The notes: generated by a model not told the origin, from the sequence alone. DNA of 64,000 nucleotides from a virus (IMGVR_UViG_3300020220_003756:9531-73530); one strand, 5' to 3'. Shown: positions 19,802 through 30,478, counted from the stretch's first letter. Program-made: numbers and translations.

Positions 19802-20445
19802 AGCGTAAGTTCGCTATTGCCTCCGCGACCAAAGACGCCTTTAGGAAACACGTTGAATGCTAGACTATATCTTATTATATCAGATTCATTGATCAAAACG
19901 CTATGTGCCAACGTGCTGGGGAAAATCAATATGTCGTTGTGTGCGGGAATAAACACGCTGGCATCGGTGGTGAAATCGGTGGTTTCGTCGAAATCTATTC
20001 TGATAGTATCGTGCCACAAGGGTTTATATGATGGTTCTTTGTGGAAGGCTATACCCCCTGACCGTTCATCTACATTGAGATACATTACTCCGCTAATAAG
20101 ACTATTGGCGTGTGTATGCATTGAACTGTAACCGCCTTTGACCACTTCATTGACCCACGATGTGGTTATCTGCCATGCTATGTCTTTTTGGCACTCTAAA
20201 ATATTGAAGGCGAATGTGTCTACGTGATCCTGTACTTGCTTTTTCAGTCCAGAAAATTGTGGCAGGTCAAGGATATGCCGTTCTTTGGTTTCTTTATGCG
20301 TGATAAACTCGAGCATATACCTGTCATTGGTTTCCCATTCAAATCCGTTGGTTAATTTGTGATAGGTTAAAGTATCTACTCTGATCTTACTTCTATACAC
20401 AGGAACAGGAAATAACTTGTGTACGGTATAATTTATCTGATCCAT
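19798..20445 (-). CDS. 2OG-Fe(II) oxygenase (TIGR02466-like), tandem paralogue
   Basis: SWVN, HTH, ISGVMY, IFPSTLAHSV, RYSLAFNVFPKG. Confidence 0.88.
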   Translation of the reverse strand: MDQINYTVHKLFPVPVYRSKIRVDTLTYHKLTNGFEWETNDRYMLEFITHKETKERHILDLPQFSGLKKQVQDHVDTFAFNILECQKDIAWQITTSWVNEVVKGGYSSMHTHANSLISGVMYLNVDERSGGIAFHKEPSYKPLWHDTIRIDFDETTDFTTDASVFIPAHNDILIFPSTLAHSVLINESDIIRYSLAFNVFPKGVFGRGGNSELTL

Positions 20446-20843
20446 CCTATCTTCTTTCCTGTGCTTTTTCGTTGATCGTATTCTGCAACACTACCTGGAA
20501 AACGCCAAGCCCATACAGCAACCAATGCCATAAACACAGCAGTGCTTAAAATACCAATAGGTTTGACACCGCCTGCCCACATCAACACAAGGCTCAGCGA
20601 CATCATACCAATCATAAAGAATTTCATCTTTGTAGGGAACACACGTTTTTCGTTCCAGTTGGTGAGGAATGGTCCAAACAGTCGATGATTATACAACCAA
20701 CGATGCATGCGCTCGCTGCCTTTTGAAAAACAGTAGGCAGCGGCCACCACCCAGATGCTGTAAGGAAATCCCGGAGTCACCACGCCTACATAGGCTAAAC
20801 CTAGGCAGAAGAATCCTAGGACGTTCCAAAATATTTTTTTCAT
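20433..20843 (-). CDS. YbaN/DUF454 family membrane protein
   Basis: GVVTPGFP, AAYCFSKGSERMHRWLYNHRLFGPFL. Confidence 0.85.
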   Translation of the reverse strand: MKKIFWNVLGFFCLGLAYVGVVTPGFPYSIWVVAAAYCFSKGSERMHRWLYNHRLFGPFLTNWNEKRVFPTKMKFFMIGMMSLSLVLMWAGGVKPIGILSTAVFMALVAVWAWRFPGSVAEYDQRKSTGKKIGWIR

Positions 20844-20844
20844 A

Positions 20845-21108
20845 TCAATTTACGTTTACATTACCGCTGCCGGATGTCGCATGGCCGCAAGTGGCTATAT
20901 CACCTGCTTTACATACGGGAATTCCGTTGGCAAACACATTGGCGCTGGCAGTGACCATCACTGGTGCTGCATGAGGTCCTTTTCCATGGGGAATAACAGG
21001 AGCACCCAAAACCGTGACTGGAACCCCATTAGCAAACACTGTGGGAGCAAGGGCACCTACGATCGTGCCTCCTGCTTTGTCAACTCCTACTCTACTGATT
21101 CCAGGCAT
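20845..21108 (-). CDS. PAAR-repeat tail spike tip protein (T4 gp5.4-like)
   Basis: TVFANGVP, PH...H, VFANGIPVCKAGDIATCGH, GSGNV. Confidence 0.88.
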   Translation of the reverse strand: MPGISRVGVDKAGGTIVGALAPTVFANGVPVTVLGAPVIPHGKGPHAAPVMVTASANVFANGIPVCKAGDIATCGHATSGSGNVNVN

Positions 21109-21110
21109 GA

Positions 21111-21404
21111 TTATCCCGCTATGGCTATGCCAGTGGTGCCTTGCGTATACTGGTTCGCGAATTCCTGTTCAGTGTTCACTATGACCATTACCGCAGATTT
21201 ATCGATAGTAAGATCTTTTTCATGATCTACGGTAAACAAAAAAGGTACCATGCCCAATCCCTTAGGCCCAGCACTCAATGTCAATGGTTTTGAGATTTTA
21301 TATCCGGTAGCAGTCGTTTCTACCAATTTGGCCAATATCTCTTCTCCGTTCACTAATTTTATCGTAACGACTGATCCTTCGGTCAATCCTTTGTCAATTA
21401 ACAT
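21111..21404 (-). CDS. Phage hypothetical protein (Sm-like fold suspected)
   Basis: VVTIKLVNGEEILAK...YTQGTTGI. Confidence 0.7.
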   Translation of the reverse strand: MLIDKGLTEGSVVTIKLVNGEEILAKLVETTATGYKISKPLTLSAGPKGLGMVPFLFTVDHEKDLTIDKSAVMVIVNTEQEFANQYTQGTTGIAIAG

Positions 21405-21633
21405 GTTTTTCCTTTGCGAAGTATGCTTTTAATTCTGTAAATCCACCTATCAATTTTTCATCTAAGAAAATCTGCGGTAAGGTTCTTGCATTAGGTACTG
21501 CTTCGAGAAGTTCTTCGCGTGTGTAGCCATCACCGATTTTTCTTTCTTCAAATGCGATATCTTTCTGTGTCAGCAATGATTTGGCTTGATCACAGAACGT
21601 ACAATTATATTTGCTCCAAACTACTGCTTTCAT
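21394..21633 (-). CDS. Glutaredoxin
   Basis: CTFC, TLPQIF, IGGFTEL; next to nrdAB. Confidence 0.93.
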   Translation of the reverse strand: MKAVVWSKYNCTFCDQAKSLLTQKDIAFEERKIGDGYTREELLEAVPNARTLPQIFLDEKLIGGFTELKAYFAKEKHVN

Positions 21634-21644
21634 CGTTTTCCTTT

Positions 21645-21815
21645 CTATGCCGAATAAACTGTTTTACCTTTGCTATCAACTACTCGTACCAATAATGCAC
21701 CTGCACGTTTTTTTCTTAATGCTTCTGCGATGGCTGCGGATTCGTTGCTGAAAGAACTGGCATTCTTCCAAGAATCAAATGGGCTACGCATCTTATATTG
21801 TGCTTTGTAGTTCAT
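21645..21815 (-). CDS. 56-aa hypothetical protein (not in ORF track)
   Basis: MNYKAQYKMRSPFDSW...VRVVDSKGKTVYSA fills the nrdB-grx gap exactly. Confidence 0.7.
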   Translation of the reverse strand: MNYKAQYKMRSPFDSWKNASSFSNESAAIAEALRKKRAGALLVRVVDSKGKTVYSA

Positions 21816-21817
21816 AA

Positions 21818-22918
21818 TTATATAGCCGGTAGCGACTCATAGTCAATATTTTCACTCATCACACCAATCACATAATTGGTACTTTCGTTTTCTTGTAGAG
21901 CAGTTTGCTTCTTGCTGGTATCACTGTGTTTGTTGAACCAGGGAATAGGTGTAGTTCTTGGTGCTGCCTGCTGATATTTAATCCCAATTTCTTTTAGTGC
22001 GGTCAGGGCGGTATAATCTACGAAATCTTTGAGGATAGCAGCATTAAGTCCAATCACTGGACCTTTCTTGAACAGATAGTCGGCCCACTGTTTTTCCTCG
22101 ACGATTACATCTGTGTACATTTTGTAGACTTCACTTTCGCACTCTTGTTTGGCTTCAACGAACCGCTCATCTTCTTTGACCACCTGATTGATCAGATAAG
22201 CAGTCCACCCCTTGTGCAACAGTTCGTCTTGTAGGATCAGCCCGATGATATTGCCGTTACCGATGAAGATCTTGTTCTCTACCATAGCGAGGCTAGTAGC
22301 GAAACTTACCATGAAGCGGAAGGCTTCTAGGGCGTATGAAGCGTTCAGTGCGAGCCAGATGGCCCGGATGTGTTCTTTTTCCGTGATCGTTTCACCCATC
22401 TCCTTGCGGCAGTTAACAAGGTGTAGGTCGTCGTAATATTTCCCCACACTTGAAGCCATATCCACGATTTCTTTAGTATCATGGATGGTATTAAAAACAT
22501 CTTTAGGAACATTATAGATATTACGGATGATATGGCTATAACTGCGGCTATGGATATTCGTTTCAAAAAAGGTCCAATTGTAAACAAGGGCTTCTAACTC
22601 CGGTAATGAAACAACAGGGGTGAAGATTTGGCTAGGTCCTCTACCCTGTAGGCTATCCAATGCGGTCTGCCTTAATAGATTAGATGTGAAGATATGTTTG
22701 ACAGCATCAGATGCATCCTTGAAATCCTGCGCATCTTTGGTGAGGCTGATCTCTTCAGGCTGCCAAAAAAACCCTCTGGCGGTTGTTTCGAAATCTGAGA
22801 TCTTTTTATATTTGACTTCTTCGAATCTCTGTATGGTCACGGGACCGGCAGGATCGAGAAACATTTTTCGATTTAGATAATCTGTGGTGTGTGTTAAATC
22901 ATATTGTGCTAAACTCAT
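21818..22918 (-). CDS. nrdB: Ribonucleotide reductase class Ia beta subunit
   Basis: FFWQPEEI, ETNIHSRSY, EAFRFMVSF, DELLH. Confidence 0.97.
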   Translation of the reverse strand: MSLAQYDLTHTTDYLNRKMFLDPAGPVTIQRFEEVKYKKISDFETTARGFFWQPEEISLTKDAQDFKDASDAVKHIFTSNLLRQTALDSLQGRGPSQIFTPVVSLPELEALVYNWTFFETNIHSRSYSHIIRNIYNVPKDVFNTIHDTKEIVDMASSVGKYYDDLHLVNCRKEMGETITEKEHIRAIWLALNASYALEAFRFMVSFATSLAMVENKIFIGNGNIIGLILQDELLHKGWTAYLINQVVKEDERFVEAKQECESEVYKMYTDVIVEEKQWADYLFKKGPVIGLNAAILKDFVDYTALTALKEIGIKYQQAAPRTTPIPWFNKHSDTSKKQTALQENESTNYVIGVMSENIDYESLPAI

Positions 22919-25254
22919 AATTTGCAGGCCTCGCAGTCTTCTTCTAATAATTCATTTGGTTCTATATGATACCCATTGATCTTTTCATGATATCCATTGA
23001 TGCTCGGAATGTCTTCTTGTTTGGCACCAGATTTATTGATTAGACTGTAATAGAATGTTTTCAGTCCCCATTTATGAGCCAACATTAAATTTTTAACGAT
23101 CAATGTTGTTGGGACTTTTCGATCCGAAAAATGTGCTGGATTATAAAATGTATTGGTTGAAATGCTCTGATCAACGTATGCTGACAATACTGCTGCAGTT
23201 TTGATATAGTGAACGCAATCTGATTGTTCCCACATCAATTGATATTTGTTTTTTAATTTATGATAGTCCGGGACTACCTGGGTGAAAGAACCTGCTTTTG
23301 ATTCTTTGGTGGAGATCAAACTCATAGGCATCTCAATTCCGTTAGTGCTGTTAATGACCACCGAACTAGATTCTACGGGTGCGATGGCCATCAATGTGGC
23401 ATTACGAACGCCATGCTGTTTCATTTCTTTACGCAACGATTCCCAGTCTAATTCAGGCGTAAAATTAGTCAATTCATCGACACCTTTGCTTCTTAGTTCC
23501 CAAGGGAAAATACCTTGACCATAGCGAGTTTTATCGCTGTCTAAACAGCGGCCTCTTTCTTTGGCTAATTCTACAGTTGCCTCAGTTAGATAGTAGGCCT
23601 GATGCTCGATCCAACTTTTCACTTCTGCCAGAGCATCTTTCTCACCGTATTGTAACCCACGTTTAGCATGCCAGTAGGCGAGGTTGGTAACACCAATGCC
23701 TAGAGGCTGTATCTCATCGTTCGAGAGTTTGCTCTGTATCGACAAGAAGTCCTGGTAGTCAAGAATGTTACACAGGCTACGCTGTAGGATACGACAGGCC
23801 CTACGCATGTCCTCTGGATTCCGGAACGATCCCCAGTTGATAGATCCCAGTGTACATAACGCTATGCGACCATCTTCGTCGTCTAATCGCTTAAATGGAC
23901 GTGTGGGTAATAGGATCTCACAGCACAGGTTACTTTGATAAATCGTATGGTATTCGGGATCAAATGGCCCCTGATTCATGACATTATCAATGAATACGAG
24001 ATATATTCGACCTGTGTCTGTGCGTTCTTTCAGTATACCACCCTTGAAAACATCTTCAGCATTCATGACCTTTTTGCGCAGATCCCGACGCTTCTCATAT
24101 TTCACATACAGTTCTTCGAATAAGTTCGAATCTTTGTAGAAGGCTTCATACAGGTCAGGAACTTCGTTGGGGTCAAAGAATGTTATATTTTCTCGGTTCT
24201 TGAATCTACGCCAAAAGAACGCTGACAATACGACACCGTAGTCCATGTGTCGGACACGAGTTTCTTCTGTACCTTGGTTGTTCTTGAGTACGATTAAATC
24301 ATCAAATTGGTGATGCCATATAGGATAGAATACGGTGGCTGAAGCGTTTCTGATGCCGCCTTGTGAGCACGAACGTAGGTCGCCAAACCACTTCTTAAGA
24401 AATGGGATCATTCCGGTGTGCATGATCTCCCCACCTCTGATGGGACTACCCAGGGGGCGGAGGCGACCAATCTCCAAACCGATGCCAGCTCGCTTGCTGG
24501 CATACTTGGCCATCATTTCACCACTAGCGAATATGCTATCAAGGTCATCATCGCTGCGAATAAGCACACAAGAACTAAATTGTTTGGTAGGAGTACCAAG
24601 CCCAGCAAGCACAGGGGTAGCCAAAGTAAAAAGACCATCACTAGCAGCATTATAATATTCCTTGATATAGCGCATACGAGCCGAATTTGGTTCTTCTTTA
24701 TGGAACACTGTGGCTGCAGCGATCATGTAACGCACCTGTGGTGTTTCATAGATTTCTTTAGTGGCACGATTGCGCACAAGATATTTTTCGATCAACTGTT
24801 CGATGGCTGCGTAACTATATTCTTCATCTTTACTATGATCAATAATCTCTTCCATCTTGTCCCATTCTTCTTCCGAATACCATTCAAGCAGTTCTGGAGT
24901 ATACAGTCCTGTTTCGACATTACGTTTTACTATGTCATAGAGGCGGGGAGGTGTGTAGTCTCCATATACGTCCTTGCGCAACATGCTTAATCTCTGTTTG
25001 CCTGCTACAAATTGGTAGTTGGTATGGCCAACATCTGGATTATTTTCTACATCGATAAGGTCTACGATAGCCCTGAGAGTTATTCCGTCGACTTCTCTAG
25101 TAGTGATGCCATCATAAAAATGTAACTGAGCCTTGATTTCTATCATCGATTGGCTAACATCTGCGATGCCTTTACAAATTTTTGCCACCTGGGCCTGCCA
25201 TTTCTCGATCATTAATGGCTCTTTTTTCCCATCTCTCTTAATCACTGTGATCAT
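22915..25254 (-). CDS. nrdA: Ribonucleotide reductase class Ia alpha subunit
   Basis: ATP cone VIKRDG, FSSC, SNLCCEI, GLKTFYY, C-terminal CEAC. Confidence 0.98.
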   Translation of the reverse strand: MITVIKRDGKKEPLMIEKWQAQVAKICKGIADVSQSMIEIKAQLHFYDGITTREVDGITLRAIVDLIDVENNPDVGHTNYQFVAGKQRLSMLRKDVYGDYTPPRLYDIVKRNVETGLYTPELLEWYSEEEWDKMEEIIDHSKDEEYSYAAIEQLIEKYLVRNRATKEIYETPQVRYMIAAATVFHKEEPNSARMRYIKEYYNAASDGLFTLATPVLAGLGTPTKQFSSCVLIRSDDDLDSIFASGEMMAKYASKRAGIGLEIGRLRPLGSPIRGGEIMHTGMIPFLKKWFGDLRSCSQGGIRNASATVFYPIWHHQFDDLIVLKNNQGTEETRVRHMDYGVVLSAFFWRRFKNRENITFFDPNEVPDLYEAFYKDSNLFEELYVKYEKRRDLRKKVMNAEDVFKGGILKERTDTGRIYLVFIDNVMNQGPFDPEYHTIYQSNLCCEILLPTRPFKRLDDEDGRIALCTLGSINWGSFRNPEDMRRACRILQRSLCNILDYQDFLSIQSKLSNDEIQPLGIGVTNLAYWHAKRGLQYGEKDALAEVKSWIEHQAYYLTEATVELAKERGRCLDSDKTRYGQGIFPWELRSKGVDELTNFTPELDWESLRKEMKQHGVRNATLMAIAPVESSSVVINSTNGIEMPMSLISTKESKAGSFTQVVPDYHKLKNKYQLMWEQSDCVHYIKTAAVLSAYVDQSISTNTFYNPAHFSDRKVPTTLIVKNLMLAHKWGLKTFYYSLINKSGAKQEDIPSINGYHEKINGYHIEPNELLEEDCEACKL

Positions 25255-25277
25255 CTATGTCTCTCGAAGTCTGATAT

Positions 25278-25703
25278 TTATGGCAATTCGTGTCCGGCCC
25301 AAATTTTGTCTGTGCGGATTTGATCAAATGATTTTCTATCATCAACACTGCGTGGAGTGAGATTTAGAACATGATTGTGATCTACTACTAGAAAAAATCT
25401 TTTATTATGTTTCTCTGGAAGCATAGACATATGTATCTCGCATTTGGTATCCATAAACCGCTGTGTTAATTTCAAAGTATACAACATTCCTAGACAGATA
25501 GCAAGATCATCTAATTTGAGATCTAGAATCAGATGCCACGGATCAGGCCAATCGGCAGGATTTTTTGGATCGAGATATGGATTAACGAACGGAGCACGGC
25601 TCCAGAGATCTGCAACACGGACCAAGGGTTCTTGATCCAATTCCAAACTATCTCTAAATCTTTTCCATTCGTTTAATCTATCTACGCCGTGTAGATCAAA
25701 CAC
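25278..25703 (-). CDS. Hypothetical protein
   Basis: 141-aa ORF coupled to upstream structural gene; WPDPWHLI. Confidence 0.7.
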   Translation of the reverse strand: MFDLHGVDRLNEWKRFRDSLELDQEPLVRVADLWSRAPFVNPYLDPKNPADWPDPWHLILDLKLDDLAICLGMLYTLKLTQRFMDTKCEIHMSMLPEKHNKRFFLVVDHNHVLNLTPRSVDDRKSFDQIRTDKIWAGHELP

Positions 25704-27288
25704 CGTAGGTGATAGAGTACGAAATAGTTCCTGTCGTGCCAGTTGACAAAGGATTCGTATATGACAACAGGATAGTTTCTAAACCGCTATCCCCGTTATT
25801 ATCTCTTAATTCTACATTAAATTGAAAATTTGTCATAAGAATTCCCCCTGGATCTGTTATAAACGGAGTTGAATATGCGTAATTATCTGCGAAAGATATC
25901 GATCCTTGGTCGTCGGGAGTCATGATGATGATCTGCCCTGCCCTAGAATGAACGCCCAGATTCAATACATAATCTATATAGGTATATCTATTGTAACCAC
26001 TGAATACTGCCAACGGTCTAAAACTATCAGAAAGATAGATATCTGCATAATTCATATCAATCAGACTAGTTTTGCTTGAATTTAAGACTTCAACTTCGGC
26101 GCCTTTGGTAGCCACATTGGTAAATCCGCCTTGTTGATGTCTGTTGATCGAGCAGTCAACGACGATATTTGCATTGGATTGCCCGAATGATATTATATCT
26201 GTGATAGGAGTCGCTGCAGTATTGATTTCATTACCACAATTAATAAAAGAAGATCTTTGTATTTTAGTTCCAATACCATAGTTAGATACAAAACCTCTTG
26301 CAAATATTTCTTCAAATTTACAGCCGTTGATATTCCAGCGATTTCCCTGATTAGTTATCCCGTTGATTAATATCCCTGTGTGTCCTACTGAGAACTGACA
26401 GTTCTCAAAATCTATGCGTGTGTCGTATATGGGCGGATTACTAGGATCCACAGTAATTTGATCTGATCTCACTGACAAAAGATTTGATTCCCAAATACAG
26501 TCACGAAAGGTTATATCTGTTACTTTGGTTCCGGGCAAACTATTCTCCCACTTGACTGCAGCAGTCTGTGAAGATATAGATCCAGTGAATGCGTCCCCTA
26601 ATTCATATTCTGAAACCCATTTAACATTTTCAAAGGTAGAATCGTATACTCCTGTAATGTCAGTTTGACCAACGCTTCGACTGATTGTTAAATCTTTTAT
26701 TTTTACATTTTGAGGACGATTGCTGCTGGTAAATTCCGCAACTTCTTCGCCGTTGCTGCCAACGAACAATATGTTATTAGCGTTAAATTCTAATCTCGCT
26801 CCGTCTCTGGTTTCACCTTGTAATATAGCAGTACTGGGAATTCTAAGGTTTCCGGCGAATATGTAAACACCGTTAGGTATATAGAGTATTTTTTTAAATC
26901 TACTATCGAGATTTCTAAATAACTCATTCATGGCATTCTCAAAAGCACTAGAATTGTCAGTGCTACCATCCGGTACTGCTCCGAAATCTAATACGCTGAC
27001 ATATTCGTCTAGTTTCGTTTGCAGAGATCTCGGAATGCTGAGAGAAATAGAAGGTTCCGGTTCTGCGAATTGATAACTAGATGCTAATTCTAAGATATTA
27101 TCGTGCTCTGTGAGGATTTTCGTATTACCCACATAAGGGGCACCTTCAGCAATTGAACCATTGCCTATAAATAATTCTTGGCTGTCCACTGCCCATGCGA
27201 ATTCTGCCGAACTTAATTGAGGGACACCTATTCCTGAATTTTTTTGGCCACGTCTGACCTGGATTTTTGAGATTTGCACAACGGCCAC
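25696..27288 (-). CDS. Virion structural protein with beta-helix (pectate-lyase-like) region
   Basis: IQVRRG...PQLSSAEFAW...ELFIGNG N-terminus typical of tail proteins; VSVLDFGAVPDG..DNSSAF; preceded by TAAATA. Confidence 0.75.
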   Translation of the reverse strand: MAVVQISKIQVRRGQKNSGIGVPQLSSAEFAWAVDSQELFIGNGSIAEGAPYVGNTKILTEHDNILELASSYQFAEPEPSISLSIPRSLQTKLDEYVSVLDFGAVPDGSTDNSSAFENAMNELFRNLDSRFKKILYIPNGVYIFAGNLRIPSTAILQGETRDGARLEFNANNILFVGSNGEEVAEFTSSNRPQNVKIKDLTISRSVGQTDITGVYDSTFENVKWVSEYELGDAFTGSISSQTAAVKWENSLPGTKVTDITFRDCIWESNLLSVRSDQITVDPSNPPIYDTRIDFENCQFSVGHTGILINGITNQGNRWNINGCKFEEIFARGFVSNYGIGTKIQRSSFINCGNEINTAATPITDIISFGQSNANIVVDCSINRHQQGGFTNVATKGAEVEVLNSSKTSLIDMNYADIYLSDSFRPLAVFSGYNRYTYIDYVLNLGVHSRAGQIIIMTPDDQGSISFADNYAYSTPFITDPGGILMTNFQFNVELRDNNGDSGLETILLSYTNPLSTGTTGTISYSITYGV

Positions 27289-27316
27289 GATTGTATCCTC
27301 TAACTTTATAGAGTAT

Positions 27317-28018
27317 TTATCTTAGGCTAGTGTAGTATTCCTCTACCTTGTTAAGCCACAGATCTTGGTACTTGTTGAAGTCCGAGGGCCATAGATCAAA
27401 CTGCTGGTATTCGCAGTTACGAGAGCACATAAACACATGTCCTTCGCGGATGTCTGTGCCGTAAACTTCATTATGTGCTAGTATATAGGCTATCAGTTGT
27501 ATTTTATAATCTTCCACCCACTCTTCTTTCTTGGGCTTGTTGGTCTGTTTATAATCTGCGATGCAGGGATTATCCTCGTACACGGCTACTAGGTCAGTGG
27601 TCCCAGAATAGAGTCCTGGAAAGTAAAGGCTCTGCTCCATGGCCCATACTTCATTGATTTTAGACAGACCATTAGAAATAATCACGTCCGCCATAGCATT
27701 AGCCTGGATATGAACAGGATTGTTGCCAGGTTGGCGTTGTATACCTGCAATGAATCTTTCTAGATTGCTGTGCATGGCTGTGCCTACTCCCGCGGCTTCT
27801 GTGGTAATCTGCCTAGCTTTCTCTTCTCCTATGCGTTTCTTCCATTCGTTTAACGCTGTCATATCTTTGGTGGCGCCGAGGATAGTCGTAACACTAGGAA
27901 GATGTTCTCCGTCGGGGGTTAGATAAACACGCTTGCGAGTCACAGGATCATTGATCTGCTGACAAGGCTTATATTGGATTTTTTCGACGAACGGAGGCGG
28001 AGTGTGTTGTATTTGCAT
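27317..28018 (-). CDS. PD-(D/E)XK exonuclease
   Basis: PSVTTIL, GTAMH, SGTTDL, IADYK, QLIAY; promoter TTGACA-17-TAATAT at 28054-28026. Confidence 0.85.
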   Translation of the reverse strand: MQIQHTPPPFVEKIQYKPCQQINDPVTRKRVYLTPDGEHLPSVTTILGATKDMTALNEWKKRIGEEKARQITTEAAGVGTAMHSNLERFIAGIQRQPGNNPVHIQANAMADVIISNGLSKINEVWAMEQSLYFPGLYSGTTDLVAVYEDNPCIADYKQTNKPKKEEWVEDYKIQLIAYILAHNEVYGTDIREGHVFMCSRNCEYQQFDLWPSDFNKYQDLWLNKVEEYYTSLR

Positions 28019-28050
28019 CCTATATATATTACAGGATTATTTCGGAATTG

Positions 28051-28437
28051 TCAAATCTGAGGTGTCGTTTGGCTCTGTGATAATTGTCCCGCGGCCGCTG
28101 ATGCCGCAGTTTTGTCTACGACATCCTGGCTGGTTTCTCCGCCTTGAGTAGGTTCTTGTTCTGCTGCATCTTTGGGCGCTCCGGGAACATTTAATTCCAC
28201 ACCTTTGTCGTTGAAATTCTTAACCAAATTTTGTATCGCAGGGCTGGCATCATACATGGCTTTGAATGTTTCATAATCTGCAGAGACTTCAAAGCCATTG
28301 CTGCGTAAGACCTGTTGTAACCCGTTCCAGTTTAATTTAGCAGGTGCTTTTTTAGAAGCAGCGCGACCTATATAGTTACGAAGAACCATAACGAACTTGT
28401 CCACACCTTGGTCACCTGCGAATTCAAAAAATCTCAT
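28051..28437 (-). CDS. Hypothetical protein, possibly virion-associated
   Basis: 128 aa, starts MRFFEF. Confidence 0.7.
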   Translation of the reverse strand: MRFFEFAGDQGVDKFVMVLRNYIGRAASKKAPAKLNWNGLQQVLRSNGFEVSADYETFKAMYDASPAIQNLVKNFNDKGVELNVPGAPKDAAEQEPTQGGETSQDVVDKTAASAAAGQLSQSQTTPQI

Positions 28438-28721
28438 CCTAGGCTCGCCAATTGTTTTCGAGTATCGGCCAACTGCTGTTCGAGTTGCTTGATCTGATCT
28501 TGCAGTTGTTTTTTTTGATCTTGCTGTTGTTTTGCTGCCAATGCTGCTTGTTTTGGATCTAAGCCACCGGGAGGTTGTCCGCTCTGCGGTGGGGTTTGAC
28601 CTGGAGTGGGTCGTCCCGGTGCGGCCTGGCCTGGTGGGCTTCCGGGCGTTGGGGCGGGAGTTGGTGCCAGTTCTTTGACCTGTAAGAAATCGCCGACACT
28701 GATGATATCAGAAAATCTCAT
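28434..28721 (-). CDS. Pro/Gln-rich coiled-coil hypothetical protein
   Basis: 95 aa, starts MRFSDII. Confidence 0.7.
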   Translation of the reverse strand: MRFSDIISVGDFLQVKELAPTPAPTPGSPPGQAAPGRPTPGQTPPQSGQPPGGLDPKQAALAAKQQQDQKKQLQDQIKQLEQQLADTRKQLASLG

Positions 28722-29992
28722 TAGCCTGCTAATACTTTTAGTAAACGACTTTGATAGTTGATGCTTTCTCGCTGTTCGCGACCTGCGGCTTCAACTCCTC
28801 CTGCGGCTGGTTCTGCCGCGGCAAATTCATCGGCGGCTGGTTCTTCGGCTGGCATATTCATTTCATCTGGTGGTGCCGCGGCCATGTCGCCTTCGGCACC
28901 CGGTTCAGCACCTAGCATGCCTGCGGCTTGTTCTTCTCCTGTGAGTGCGCGAACGCCGGTTGATAGTGTTTCTCTCGCACTTTTTAAATTTTCGAGTGCT
29001 TGCTGGATGGCAGGTGCCACTGTAGAAATAAAATTCTTAGCCTGCTCTTGTCCCATCTCGTCACGGATCGAATCACCTAGCTGGAGCAAGGTATCATTCT
29101 CCATGCCAGAAAGTTCTTCAATCCAGCGGCCTACTCTGTCTACCATTGTCTTGGCTGTAACGATCGCACTGGCCTGTTGGATCTCGCCTTCTGTTACCTT
29201 AGTCATTTCATCTCCTTGATTGACTGATTCATTTTTTTCTTTGTTGTGTTGCTTCCATGCTGTCGCATAGGCGATCGAACGTTCTTTATCTGTTAGTTTT
29301 CCATCATCGGCATAGCCTTTCTTGATGTGCTTGACCATACGCTCGGCCTTGGCTCCTGGAGGCGCTTTTTCGATCTGGATACTTTCATAATCCTCGTCTG
29401 AACCGTGACCTGCTGACGCTAGAGCATAGCCGTCATCGGTCTCTCCACCTTCGTCTTCAGAATCATTGCCACCGTGCTCATCAACTATCTTGTCCCACAG
29501 TATCTCGATCATCTTGTCGTAATCGTTGATGACATCGTTCATGCCTTTTGAGGCCAGCTCGTCTTTGACTTCATCCATCATGTTTTGTAGAACATCCGCC
29601 ACATTTGGGCCCATTTCGCCTTCTAGTGCAGCGACAAGATCTTCTTCATCTCCTCTGTCTGCTAATGTCTGTAGATCTATATCGATCTCGCTCATACCTT
29701 CATCTACATCTGCTTCGATGATGTGTTCATCGCGTTCTGCGATCTCAGAGTTGATAGCATCCAGCATCCATTGAGCCTGATGATAAGCATCATTTTCTAG
29801 ATTTTCGTTAAACCCGCTCTGTCCACGGATCTGGCTTACCTGTGTGCGTAGTTTGTTGCGAGCATCATGCAGTTGTGCTAGATCAAAATTTTCTAGGTTG
29901 ACGGTTTTTCCGAAAACTTTGAGTATGCTTTCGTTTAATCGCTTGCTTGATCTATTAATTTTAAAAAGGTCTGTGGTTTTCATATTGTCCAA
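28721..29992 (-). CDS. Acidic protein, possible prohead core/scaffold
   Basis: Very Asp/Glu-rich with many [ILV]xE sites; late-box upstream; function inferred. Confidence 0.65.
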   Translation of the reverse strand: MDNMKTTDLFKINRSSKRLNESILKVFGKTVNLENFDLAQLHDARNKLRTQVSQIRGQSGFNENLENDAYHQAQWMLDAINSEIAERDEHIIEADVDEGMSEIDIDLQTLADRGDEEDLVAALEGEMGPNVADVLQNMMDEVKDELASKGMNDVINDYDKMIEILWDKIVDEHGGNDSEDEGGETDDGYALASAGHGSDEDYESIQIEKAPPGAKAERMVKHIKKGYADDGKLTDKERSIAYATAWKQHNKEKNESVNQGDEMTKVTEGEIQQASAIVTAKTMVDRVGRWIEELSGMENDTLLQLGDSIRDEMGQEQAKNFISTVAPAIQQALENLKSARETLSTGVRALTGEEQAAGMLGAEPGAEGDMAAAPPDEMNMPAEEPAADEFAAAEPAAGGVEAAGREQRESINYQSRLLKVLAG

Positions 29993-30014
29993 TCCAGGAT
30001 TATGTATTATTTAT

Positions 30015-30455
30015 TCAATCGTCTGCCAAAGTCTTAGCGATATTTTTAGATTTTTCTGCTCTATCTCTGCTTTCTATGTACCGAGAATACAGCATGTCAG
30101 CACGATCGTAATCTGGTTTTTCTAAGGCTTTTCTGTGCTGTGTGCGCAGTATCTGACTGTCGACGAACCATTTTCCATATTCCTGATCTGCGGCATATAT
30201 TTTTTGTATCTGGATAGAACTAGGATTCCTATAACATAGATTAGCTAATTTTATAGCCACTGCATTGAGGTAGACATTGACAAACAGCATTTGATCTCTT
30301 TTTTTGATGTGTTTTAAATTTCCTTCGCTGATTATCAAAACATCTCCGACTAATATTCCTTCATCAGTTTTTATGGGAAGGATTTGATCTGCCTGTATCA
30401 GTTTCTTCTGTGCAGAATTTATGAATCTATCTAGACGTTTAGAAATATCAGTCAT
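30015..30455 (-). CDS. Hypothetical protein
   Basis: 146-aa ORF. Confidence 0.7.
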   Translation of the reverse strand: MTDISKRLDRFINSAQKKLIQADQILPIKTDEGILVGDVLIISEGNLKHIKKRDQMLFVNVYLNAVAIKLANLCYRNPSSIQIQKIYAADQEYGKWFVDSQILRTQHRKALEKPDYDRADMLYSRYIESRDRAEKSKNIAKTLADD

Positions 30456-30478
30456 AAAAAAAAGGACCTATGGTCCTT
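30456..30478 (-). terminator. Intrinsic terminator
   Basis: AAGGACC-ATA-GGTCCTT plus T tract. Confidence 0.65.

Noticed and set aside
19157-20445. Multiple 2OG-Fe(II) oxygenases as a novel system
   Set aside because: Expansions of this family are commonplace in large aquatic T4-like phages.
21818-25254. Introns or inteins in nrdA/nrdB
   Set aside because: Both frames are continuous and of normal length.
27317-28018. Cas4/CRISPR association
   Set aside because: Generic phage PD-(D/E)XK exonuclease; I saw no repeat-spacer array or other cas gene in the window.
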